A stretch of DNA of 64,000 nucleotides, counting the filler, from Stramenopiles sp. TOSAG23-6 (taxonomy: Eukaryota): NCBI GenBank assembly GCA_900128565.1. It is 15 parts of 15 records of this genome, joined end to end, with 100 filler letters (N's around TTAATTAATTAA, not from the genome) between each part and the next. Parts side by side here need not be neighbours in the genome. Positions count along the whole stretch, not along the records: positions 51,429 to 55,595 come from LT637245.1; positions 55,696 to 59,858 come from LT637246.1; positions 59,959 to 64,000 come from LT637284.1; 12 more parts are not named here. One strand, written 5' to 3'. Position 1 is the stretch's first letter. The number at the start of each line of letters is the position of its first letter. The position numbers and the translations under genes are program-made. Of the stretch, positions 53,280-63,459 are shown one piece after another. The notes under the pieces were generated by a model, which did no database searches, was not told the DNA's origin, and was given only the letters and a program-made list of their open reading frames with translations.

Positions 53280-54016
53280 TTATTTTGCTCGTCGGGTTTT
53301 CCCTTCATACACGGAAACATCTCTCATTTTACTTTCATTTTTATTTCGACGCCTTGACGGACTTTGAGCTATTTTACTTTCTTTACCTTCAGCTTCTCTT
53401 TTAACTCGACAATTTTTCACTCGACTTGAGGCTTCACTCTTCATCACATATTGTAGAAAAATATTTGAAAAAAACGTTAAAGTTTGTTAGGTACAAATTT
53501 TCGTACGAAAAAAAGTTTAGGTAAAAAAATGAAATGAAAACGTACATTTCCACAAAGGTTTCATAATCTTGTCTTGCTGCGATAATGTTAAACATAGTCT
53601 TATTATCCTCTGTATCGTGAGTTTTTGTCATTTCTTTAACCCATTCTGCTTCTGTGTAATTATTCTCCTTCAAGAATGACGCAATAAATTCCTCAAGTAA
53701 TGTCTCAAAGTCTTTGTGAATAAATGACCATTCCAATCTATGCTCCTCTTCTTTCTCTTCTGTAGCATTGTAAAAGTCGTCACAGTACTTTTCATAAAAG
53801 TCTCCCAATATGCCTCCTATGTGTTTATTATAGTATGGATATAAATTTTGAATCTGTGGGTAATGAATATAAACAGAAAAATGAAATATGAGTACAACGA
53901 AGTTTGATGAGAGAATGTCTTGTATTAATGAGTGATACAGTTGAGAACGAAAAATGATAAAGATCACTCACAATTCCCTTCTTTGGTTTAAATAAGGCTT
54001 CTAGCTCTTTCGACAT
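53280..54016 (-). CDS. BART-domain protein (ARL2BP/CFAP36-like); exons 54016-53972, 53853-53546, 53445-53280
   Basis: EEHRLEWSFIHKDFETLLE..QDYETFVEMM after splicing. Confidence 0.8.
53446..53545 (-). mobile_element. Introner-like intron GT..GT
   Basis: Joins FVEM-MKSEA (BART motif). Confidence 0.8.
53854..53971 (-). other. Canonical GT-AG intron unrelated to the repeat family
   Basis: GTGAGT...CCCACAG; joins KKGI-IQNLYPYY in frame. Confidence 0.8.
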
Positions 54017-54289
54017 GCCTGTGAATGACTTATATGTTTCGATTTGGTGATAAAAATGTAGAAAGTATCTTTCGTGTAATACAACTCTCGATTTAGATTG
54101 AGATGATGCTAAATTGCGTTTGGTTCTCTGTTATATAACGAAATTTAGGTAGGGAGTTTCTTGAAAAATGAAACCGTTTGACACACATAAAAACCTCCGG
54201 TAGACACTTTTGCCTGTATGTGTTCTACCATTTGACCAGTAAGAATATTTGTAAATCAAATTGCCAGAGTTTCACGATATTATTAAATA

Positions 54290-55595
54290 ATGAGCGGTGA
54301 TGAGGAACAAGGCGAAGAGCAAAATTCCCTGGAAGCTCGAATTGAACTGTTGGAATTCCAACATGATACTGGGCAAATTACAGACGAGCAGCTTGAACGA
54401 CGGGTGGATGCTTTGGAGAGAGAGATTACAAATCAAGCTGTCTCCAATGGTATCCTTCCATCTGATTTACAGGAAGTAGTTTGTGATGATGACGAAACTA
54501 TTGATGATGTCATTCCTACTGCGGAAGTGATCGTCCCTGTTAAAGGTGGCATTAAGAAAAAACAATCAACATTTAGGCGAAACCTCACGTATATGGATAC
54601 AAACAACGACGGAAGAGTGTCGATGTCTGAGTGGGGATCTGGAATTTCTCGAATTATTTCTCATCACGATAACCGCTTGCACCAAAATTCTAGACTTAAA
54701 CCGAATCAGAAAGTTATCACTGACTTGCCGTTGTTGGAACAAAAAATATTTCATTTACGAGGTTGGTTATGCTTTTCTTTCCAAATATTTTTTGTCTTTT
54801 TAGGTTGTTTTATGATGCAATATTTGAAAGAAGAAGAGAAAATTGAAGCAACAGATAAACTCAAAGTGATTGGTTTATTAGGAACACTGGGCATTCCTTT
54901 TTTTATGGGTTTGTTAACTATTTGTCGGAATACATACTGTCTTTTAATACCTCTATTTCTAATTTACACCGTGTACGAAACCTTCATGTACGTTTTCATC
55001 ATGAATTTCAAATTTAATATTTTTTCCGTACCAAATTTTGTACCTAAACAAAAAAGATTTTTTTTTTTTTTTTACAATACATGCTTGGTGTGATGAACTG
55101 GAGCACACACTCTGGGTTCATTCAACAAATCTTATTTTATCAGTTTATTGGGGTCTTCTGTACAGCATTTATTTCTACTCGAATTGAAGTTGACGATACT
55201 ACTGGTAGGGAAGTACGTTTTCATTATGAATTTCAAATTTATTTTTTTTTCGTACGAAATGCTGTACCTAACAAATTTCGAATTTAATTTTTTTTACAAT
55301 ACATGAGGTGTTGAACTCTTATTTTGCGGTAGCATGTGGCTGGGTTTGTACTTGGCCTGTAGCTTTAATACTTAATGGCATTAAACCTGACTTTTTTGCT
55401 GGAGATAGTACATCAGAAGGTTTGGGTGGAAATAGTTACAAAGTTGTTATTCTCGCTATAGTAGTAGCTGGCGTGATTATGTACGTTTTCAAAATTAATT
55501 GTTTTTACTGACATGTTTGTTTCATACGAAATTCCATACCTAACGATTTTTTTTTTCGGTAAAAAAAAAAAAATATTTTTTCACAAAATATGAAC
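54290..55595 (+). CDS. Bax inhibitor-1/TMBIM-like membrane protein with an N-terminal EF-hand-like loop, 3' truncated
   Basis: DTNNDGRVSMSEW; multiple TMs including PLFLIYTVYETFMLGV; three family introns. Confidence 0.55.
54988..55082 (+). mobile_element. Introner-like intron GT..AT
   Basis: Joins ETFM-LGVM. Confidence 0.8.
55213..55304 (+). mobile_element. Introner-like intron GT..AT
   Basis: Joins TGRE-EVLNS. Confidence 0.8.
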
Positions 55596-56466
55596 NNNNN
55601 NNNNNNNNNNNNNNNNNNNNNNNNNNNNNNNNNNNNNNNTTAATTAATTAANNNNNNNNNNNNNNNNNNNNNNNNNNNNNNNNNNNNNNNNNNNNTTTTC
55701 ATTGTGAATTTCAAATTTATTTATTTTTTTTTTTTTTTTTTTTAGTTTGAAATTTTGTAATTAACAATTTTCGATTTTAATTTTTTTTTTAGTTCGAAAT
55801 TTTTTTCCTTAAAAAAAAAAAATTTTTTTTTTTTTTTTTTGGAAAAAAAAATTTCATAACAAACGAATTTCAAATTGTAAGAATATTTTTCATAAGACAT
55901 GCTTCACTTTGGGAAAATGATCCAAATTCATTTGTTAGTAAAGCAGAATATTCTGGGGTTGGAGAATATGTTTGTTTTTTTCATTTCAATTTCAAATTTA
56001 TTTTTTTTTGTACTACTAAAAATTTTTACTCAAACTTTTTTTTTTTTTTCGGTAAAAAAAAAAAAAAAAATATTTTTAACAATATGTACACTCAGATCGG
56101 TAGGTCCAGATTTTATTCGTTCTGTTCTTAATACAAAATCTCATTTAGGGTGTAGACGAAGAGCATCATCCTGGGGATCTGCTGCTGCTGTACTTGCTAT
56201 GAAATCTAATATGAAAAAGGTAAGCAGTATTGAAAGTGAAAATGCTAAAATTGAAAGTAGAAAGATTTTTTTATTGGTTTTAGACACGATTGTATGTTTT
56301 ATTTTTTTTTTTTAACAAAGAAATCGAATTTTTTTTTATAGTAAATTTTGTACCTAACAAATTTTTTTTAGATTTTTTTCAAATATTTTTCCAAAATACT
56401 TTTTCGTACGAAATTTTGTACCTAACAAATTTAAGTTTTTTTTTTCAAATATTTTTCACAATACAT

Positions 56467-59400
56467 GTACTTTATATCGTGTTCTTTACTATAGAAAATC
56501 TCTATGGGCTTATGTAGAAAAAAATGCTATACATAAAATGAGTATAATAGATAAACAACTCAGACCTCTTTCTACTGCATTGGCGCATGTACGTTTTATT
56601 TTTTTTTTTGAATTTCTAATTGTTTTTCATACGAAATTTTGTACCTAACGAATTAAAAAAATATATTTTTTCACAATATATGGAACTTTATCAAGAGTCG
56701 GTAGACCTTTTGGTTGTGCTATGTTGCGATTACTTCCAAAAAAGAATTGGAAAGGTTTGCGCCCAATAATGAACCTTTCATCGTGGAACAATACTGCTTG
56801 GCCGAAAGCAATGCGACCCATTTCAAAAAAAAATAAGAAATTACCTTTCTTTTCTTATCGACCACTACCCATCAATAAAGTTTTATTAAAAGTTTTTGAT
56901 GTTTTAAAATATGAAAAGAGTAAAAAACCAAAATTGCTCGGTGCTACTGTATTTAGTATTGCTGATATGTACAACCGGTTAAAATCATTTGTAGAACTAT
57001 GGCGAGGATTTCGTGTAGCAGATGAAAAACCTTTTGGTGATGGACAAAATGGAAAGAATAAACCTTTATACTTTGTTGTTGGTGATGTAGCGAAATGTTA
57101 TGATACAATTGTACGTATTTGTCATTTCAATTTCGAACATTTTTTTTTACTATGAAAATTTCGTACCTAACATTTTTTTTTTAAAATATTTTTTTACAAT
57201 ACTAAATCAAAAGATTTTATGGAAACTTTTAACAAAAAAGGTTTTGAAAAGTGAAGAATATGTCATTCATAAATATTCAGTCTTGTTCGTTTTCAAAATT
57301 GAATGTTTTACCTAAATTGTTTTTTTCATACGAAATATTGTACCTAACGATTTTTTTTATTTTTTTTTACCGAAAAAAAAAAAATATTTTTTCACAATAT
57401 TTGCGATCTTCAGAATCTAAGAATAAAAATAAAATTGCAAAGTGTAGCAATAAAGATGAAATCGTGACTGATTTCAGACGTTTAGCTCTACCTAGATTAT
57501 CAAGTACACTTCAATTAGCTACTGAAGTCTTTCAAAATCATCCTCTTAAAAGACACAAAATTAACCCTAACCCTATCCCAACTGGAAAAAGACACAAAAT
57601 TAACCCTAACCCTAGGGTTAACCCTACTCGAAAAGATCATACAATATCAACTTTATTAGCAAAATCTACTGAAAAACAAAATGAAAAAATACACAAAACT
57701 GAAAAATGTTTTGATATAAAGCAAAGTAAACAAAAAGGGAAAATATTTGTCGATGGTATTGTATGTTTTCATCATGAATTCCAAATTTATTTTTTTGTAC
57801 CAAACTTTGTACCTAACAAATTTCGAATGTAAAATATTTTTCACAATACTTGTACTTTGCATTTGAATTTCATTTTTTCTTTTTTTTTTTTTCACCAAAA
57901 CATATTTCATACTTACAAAAAAACAATGTTTTACATATTTTTGCACAATATTTGTTCATGGATATGTGAAACGAAAAAATATCTTAAAATTAATTCGTGA
58001 ACATTTGAGAAGAAATATGTATNTTTTTTTTTTTTTCAATTTTGATTTTTTTTCGTACGAAATTCCGTACCTAACAAATTTTACCAAAAAAAATATTTTT
58101 ACAAAAACATAGTACGATTAGGTACAAAATTCTATCAGCAAATGGTCGGTATTCCTCAAGGTTCTGTACTATCCGCTTTATTATGTGGATTATATTATGG
58201 GCAAGTGGATGATGCGTTAGTCAATGCTGCAATGCAAAACATGAAAAAATACACGAAATCAAAACATAAATTTGATGAGGACGAAATTATTTCAATTGTA
58301 AAAGAAACAATGATGAATAGATTAGGTAAAGAAAATGACAGTGACGATGAACTAATGGGTGGAATTTCTTTATCCAATGACAATAAAAATAATGAAAATA
58401 ATGAAAATAATGAAAATAATGAAAATAATAGTTTTAATCATAAAAAAAAGAAATTTGGTACGGATTGTAATACAAAAAATAATAATAAAAAAAAAAGAAA
58501 GAGTGAATGTCTTGAACAACATTACACATACAATACTAATACTAATAATACGAATAATACGAATAATACTAATAATACGAATAATACGAATAATGTTTGT
58601 GTGACATCTACAACATCATCTTTTCAAAATTCGTTTAGCAAGAAATTTAGTACGAAATTTGGTACAGGTTCAACTTCAAATTTGCTACATATTGATGATG
58701 ATGATTTATTTGGTGGAATTCCTCAAATGAATTGGATAAAAGATGAAAAGAATAACAATAACGACACGAATTCTGTACTTTTACGTTTAATTGATGATTT
58801 CTTATTTGTAACGCCTTCATTACAACTTGCAGTAGCTTTTGTTCATAAATTACATGCTGGAGATAGAAAATTAGGATTTCATGTACGTTTTCAGAATTCA
58901 TTTCAATTTTTTTTTTTTTTTTTTTTTTNGTACAAAATTGTATACTTAACAAAACAAATGAAAATTTGTCATATTATCCTAAAAGTAAAGGTCAATTCGA
59001 GTAAAACATGCGTAAATTTTGATGTATGTGTAAAAATCACTGACCCTAAAGATAAAACAAAAACAATAAAAAAAAAGATAAAAAATATAGAAAATAACAC
59101 ACTTAGTTGGTGTGGTTTAGAAATTAACACAAAAACATTTGAAATAATTACTGATTTTTCAAGGTATCGCATGTTTTCATTGTGAATTTCAAATTTATTT
59201 ATTTTTTTTTTTTTTTTTTTAGTATGAAATTTTGTACCTAACAAATTTCGAATTTAATTTTTTTTTTACAATACATGCGATCAATCGCTTCGTTCTGCGA
59301 TTCAATATAATTCAGGACTCGGACACAAACCTGGCCAGACGATTATTGATCATCTAAAAAATTTCATTAAACATAAATGTATGTTTTATCTTTTTTCAAT

Positions 59401-59858
59401 TTCGATTTTTTTTTTTGGAAAGTTTTGTACCTAACAAAGTTTAATTTTCTTTTTTTTGAAATATTTTTCCAAAATACATGTCAAAAATTATTTTTTGATA
59501 GGTGTATCAATAAAATATCAACAATGTTACAACATATATGCAATGTGTTGATTATTGCAGCAATGAGATTTCATCTATTGTATCGAATTTTACAACGAAA
59601 AAAAATCAAAAGAACAAAACGAAAAAAACGGAAAAAAAAAGGAAATATGAAAAAGGATACTTTTACTAAAAATGAAAAGAAGAATGAAAATTCAAATTTC
59701 CTTTTTAGCATATTATTGGAAATTAGCAAATACACGCAAATTTTAATCCGAAAACGATTTTCCCCAGCATCATCTTTACAATACCAAAAATCAAATCGAA
59801 ATGAAAATAATGAAACAAATCGAAATGAAAACAATAAAACAAATTCGTTTCCATCGCA
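56467..59858 (+). CDS. TERT: Telomerase reverse transcriptase, partial; exons 56467-56588, 56682-57110, 57205-57284, 57403-57760, 57954-58018, 58111-58882, 58991-59168, 59277-59378, 59480-59858
   Basis: T motif RVLYYRKSLW, LRLLPK/GLRPIMNL, motif A DVAKCYDTI, B' GIPQGSVLS, C LRLIDDFL, E SWCGL, CTE AMRFH. Confidence 0.95.
56589..56681 (+). mobile_element. Introner-like intron GT..AT in TERT
   Basis: Joins the T-motif exon to motif 1. Confidence 0.85.
57111..57204 (+). mobile_element. Introner-like intron GT..TA in TERT
   Basis: Joins CYDTI-NQKIL (motif A). Confidence 0.8.
57285..57402 (+). mobile_element. Introner-like intron GT..TT in TERT
   Basis: Joins KYSVL-RSSE; TT direct repeat. Confidence 0.75.
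57761..57953 (+). mobile_element. Two tandem family introns (57761-57851 and 57852-57953), both GT..TT
   Basis: Joins IFVDGI-VHGYVKR. Confidence 0.75.
58019..58110 (+). mobile_element. Introner-like intron GT..AT in TERT
   Basis: Joins HLRRNI-VRLGTKFYQQMVGIPQGS. Confidence 0.9.
58883..58990 (+). mobile_element. Degenerate family intron GT..AG in TERT
   Basis: Joins LGFH-VNSSKT (motif D). Confidence 0.8.
59169..59276 (+). mobile_element. Introner-like intron GC..AT in TERT
   Basis: Joins DFSRYR-DQSLR. Confidence 0.8.
59379..59479 (+). mobile_element. Introner-like intron GT..AT in TERT
   Basis: Joins KHKC-QKLFFD. Confidence 0.85.
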
Positions 59859-59958
59859 NNNNNNNNNNNNNNNNNNNNNNNNNNNNNNNNNNNNNNNNNN
59901 NNTTAATTAATTAANNNNNNNNNNNNNNNNNNNNNNNNNNNNNNNNNNNNNNNNNNNN

Positions 59959-61467
59959 CATGTATTTTGGAAAAATATTTGAAAAAAAAATTGTTAGGTA
60001 CAAAATTTCGTACGAAACGAAAAAATAAATTCGATTTTTTTGTAAAAAAAAAAATAAAACATACATGTACATGTCCTGTACCCCCCCATCGTTCTTTGCA
60101 GGCCATAGGATAACGAGTATTTAATTGTTCTGACGTCAGAGACGCAACAATGTCTAAATGAGCCTTTGCACACTCATTAAGATCCGAGAATCTTAAACCA
60201 GTCAGTCCAATCTCATCCGAATTGGATAGTCTACTACGTATTTTTGCATTTTCAGCTAGATTGGGTGCAATCAACGAGCCAGGATTGGCAACAACAGCCC
60301 CATCATAATGACGAAGAACGCGTGCACGACAGGGTAGTTGATGTGGATTTGATGCAATGAGATTTTTTTCTTTTACTGAAATACATTTAGATTTTCCATT
60401 TTTTTGATAATTTTGTAAAGCTACAGAATATCTTCCAGAAGTATTATTAAAAGCCTCAACTAATCCTATTTTGCCATTGTATTGAGCTGCGCCTACAAGT
60501 GAATGCACTTTCACTTCTAAACCATTCGCTAAAGCACCACTGAGCGCATCAGAATCAGGAATATGACGACCGAAACCACTACCAGACATCATACCAAATA
60601 AAGAATTAAAACCCAATGGTCCTGACCCGCCTCCAACCCTTCCTCTTTCAGATGTACTTGAAAAACCAAGATAATTTTTAGGATCACCAGATCCACTGAC
60701 TTTATCTTCTCTTCGACATGCAGCTGCAAGTACAATTCTACGGATTTCTGCATTCGGATGCTTAATTGCAGCACCAACATGAGTTCTCAAATCATTACGA
60801 CCACCAGTGCAATGTATATTGAATGTCTGCGTCATGTCTACAGAATTAGCACAATTATCACGATCTTCATCGACGAAAACTGACAAGAGGAAATATCATG
60901 TATTGTAAAAAATATTTTAAATTCATTTTTTTTTGTTAGGTACAAAATTTCGTACAAAAAAAAATAGATTTGAAATTGGAAATGAAAACGAACACTGTGA
61001 CTTTGACCCACTGAATTTGCAGATGATAGATCGAGTGCAGATACTTTGACAGGTAATTTTGGAATAGGTCCTGGTTGCAATGTTGGTGTATTTGGTTTCT
61101 TATCCGGTGTAAGGGATAAGGTTTCCAGCTCGGCCAGTGTTGGAACATCAAAAGTGAAAAGAGAGTTGTCCACTGCATCCTCAAAATCTTCATAGTCATC
61201 ACTTGATTGAGGCTGTGAAGTAGAGAATTTTTTTGGCTTTTTTTCACAATCTAGAATGTTTGATACCTCAATACCCCGACTCTGCAAATCTTTTACAGTG
61301 CGTTCCGAGCGTTTCAGGCACTGTTTATGTGTTTTTCCATCCACTACCGATGCTATATTCTGCCAACGCTCACGACACTCAGAAGCACTCGCACCAGGTA
61401 CAGGCGGATAAATTTTATACGCTGCTTCAAGTTGTGATTGCTGGAGTGGGTTCCATTTGGAACCCAT
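59959..61467 (-). CDS. SANT/Myb-domain protein with an SH3-like domain, 3' truncated
   Basis: W.PLQQSQLEAA..YP..ERWQNIASVVDGKT.KQC; VHSLVGAAQYNGKIG..GRYSV..SVKEKNL. Confidence 0.65.
59960..60064 (-). mobile_element. Introner-like intron GT..AT
   Basis: Near-consensus copy at a contig end. Confidence 0.75.
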
Positions 61468-61797
61468 GAGTAGGCAAATGTAGAGCAAAAAAAACTACTG
61501 CTCTTTGTCTCTATGATGAGCCTATATGTATTGCCTACCTAGAGTAGTCAGTCTAATATTATTACCTTGATACGCAAAAAAGCTTGAGCTTGCTGCTTTG
61601 CTTGAGTTTCGTTTTTTTTGATGTGATGTTTTTGACCAAACGGCAAAACAGAAACAGTCAGTCGATCATGACACGTGTTACGACGTGTTAATACAACAGC
61701 ATTTTAGTACCCAATGCACACACTAGAGAGAGCTCCCATTATTCTCATAGAGCGTAGTAGTTATTGTGCAAATCCCTTGTATTTTTGTATAGAGCGT

Positions 61798-63459
61798 ATG
61801 TATAATATTACAATTGTTTTTTGTCTTCACTTGATCACTCCGTTACTGACGTGGGGCTCATATATTCCCTTGCCGGTACTAACGGTAGCACCACCTCTAA
61901 ATGAACCAGAAGAGTTCAGTGATCAATTAATAGGACGTACAGCCTTCAGAGGTCCTAATATACATGGGTTTACACCTGTAAGAAAATGGAAACAAAACGA
62001 TTATTTTGGTCTCGATCAAAGTGCCGTTCAAGCCAAAATAAAGCTTAAAATACAAATTATGAGGAGTATTTGGTATGAAAGAAATCTTGACGATTTCTTT
62101 GAGTTAAAAATGGAAACAACAGGCAAAGAGAAAAAACCTTTTCTAAACAATCCTAATGAAACAAGTATTCCTATTCTTAGTGATGAAGGTGGAGAGCAGA
62201 AAACTGTGGTGAATTTTGTTGTTGGGGCTGCTTTTGTGAACAACCCTCTCGAAACAAATATGTACGTTTTTATCATGCATGTTAAATTTATTTATTTTTC
62301 GTACGAAAATTTGTACCTAACGATTTTATTTTTTAAATATTTTTTTACAGTACATTCCTATCATTTCTCGTTCACATCGAAGTTACGTGGAATTTCGTAG
62401 GACAGAAGCTTTCGAAAAGTTCAAAGGTTCTATGAGTAAAGTACCCGATTATAACATTGGACAACTGAAACCGAAATACCAATATTTTCTAGATGATATT
62501 GACTTTATTGAAATAGCTCTTTTTAAAAAACATTCCGTGTTTCATGCATGTTTTCCATTATGAATTTCAAATTTATTTTTTTTCGTACGAAATTTTGTAC
62601 CTAACGATTTTTTTTGAAATATTTTTTCANNNNNNNNNNNNNNNNNNNNNNNNNNNNNNNNNNNNNNNNNNNNNNNNNNNNNNNNNNNNNNNNNNNNNNN
62701 NNNNNNNNNNNNNNNNNNNNNNNNNNNNNNNNNNNNNNNNNNNNNNNNNNNNNNNNNNNNNNNNNNNNNNNNNNNNNNNNNNNNNNNNNNNNNNNNNNNN
62801 NNNNNNNNNNNNNNNNNNNNTTCACAAAAATGGACTGATAATATGAATGTATGTTTTATTTTTTTTTTTTTAGCTGACAAAAAAATAATTTTTAAAATGA
62901 AATATTTTTTCACAATATATTCGCATCAGAACGTCTTAAAAATCATAAAACAATCGTAGAATTAGCAGTTGTACCATTTCCAGAAGCATTTCAGTTTGCT
63001 TCAAAAGAACTTAGAAATGATGTACGCTTTCACAATTTATTTCAAATTTATTTTTTTTTCATACGAAATTTCGTACCTAACGATTTTTTTTACAAAAAAA
63101 TATTTTCACAATACATGCTCCGTTTGTATTAAAGATAATGAAACAAATGACATTTTATGAACATGGTTTAAGTGAAAAAAACAAATTTCCTAATTTGCAC
63201 CTCTATATTTGGAATTTAGCTTCAGAAAGTGTGAAAAATTATGTCCCAATTGTTACGCTTACAATCATAAAACATCCAGAAATATTTTCATTACTTCATA
63301 AAGAAACTAAACAAAACAAAGATGTAACGGATGTATGTTTTACTTTTTTTCAAATTTGAAATTTTTTTCGTACGCAATTTTGTACCTAACGATATTTTTT
63401 TCAAATATTTTTCCAAAAAATATGCTTTACATGTAATTAATCCATGTAATGTAATGTAA
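61798..63459 (+). CDS. Unknown protein with DUF4116-like repeat, several family introns and a gap
   Basis: FASERLKNHKTIVELAV..AFQFASKELRND; most exon joins in frame. Confidence 0.5.
62262..62355 (+). mobile_element. Introner-like intron GT..AT
   Basis: AT end keeps frame; the CAG 5 nt upstream leads to a stop. Confidence 0.75.
63022..63116 (+). mobile_element. Introner-like intron GT..AT
   Basis: Joins ELRND-APFVLK. Confidence 0.8.
63333..63423 (+). mobile_element. Introner-like intron GT..AT
   Basis: Family motifs; short terminal exon follows. Confidence 0.65.

Noticed and set aside
55901-56466. Upstream exons as part of TERT
   Set aside because: Phase mismatch and two fused half-elements near 56400 suggest a chimeric join through the repeat
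58118-58131. 14-nt antisense match to the element core in a TERT exon (TTAGGTACAAAATT)
   Set aside because: Encodes LGTKF within the expected pre-B' sequence; may be chance
56467-59858. Reverse transcriptase as a retroelement mobilising the introns
   Set aside because: The T motif and CTE identify telomerase; no evidence links it to intron mobility
4198-59958. Regularly spaced TTAATTAATTAA palindrome
   Set aside because: Artificial six-frame-stop linker between contigs; adjacency across it means nothing
3053-63423. Repeat family as a CRISPR array or U12 AT-AC introns
   Set aside because: Copies are dispersed inside eukaryotic genes; the donor lacks RTATCCTT and the AC-ended register creates a stop at 18556-18657
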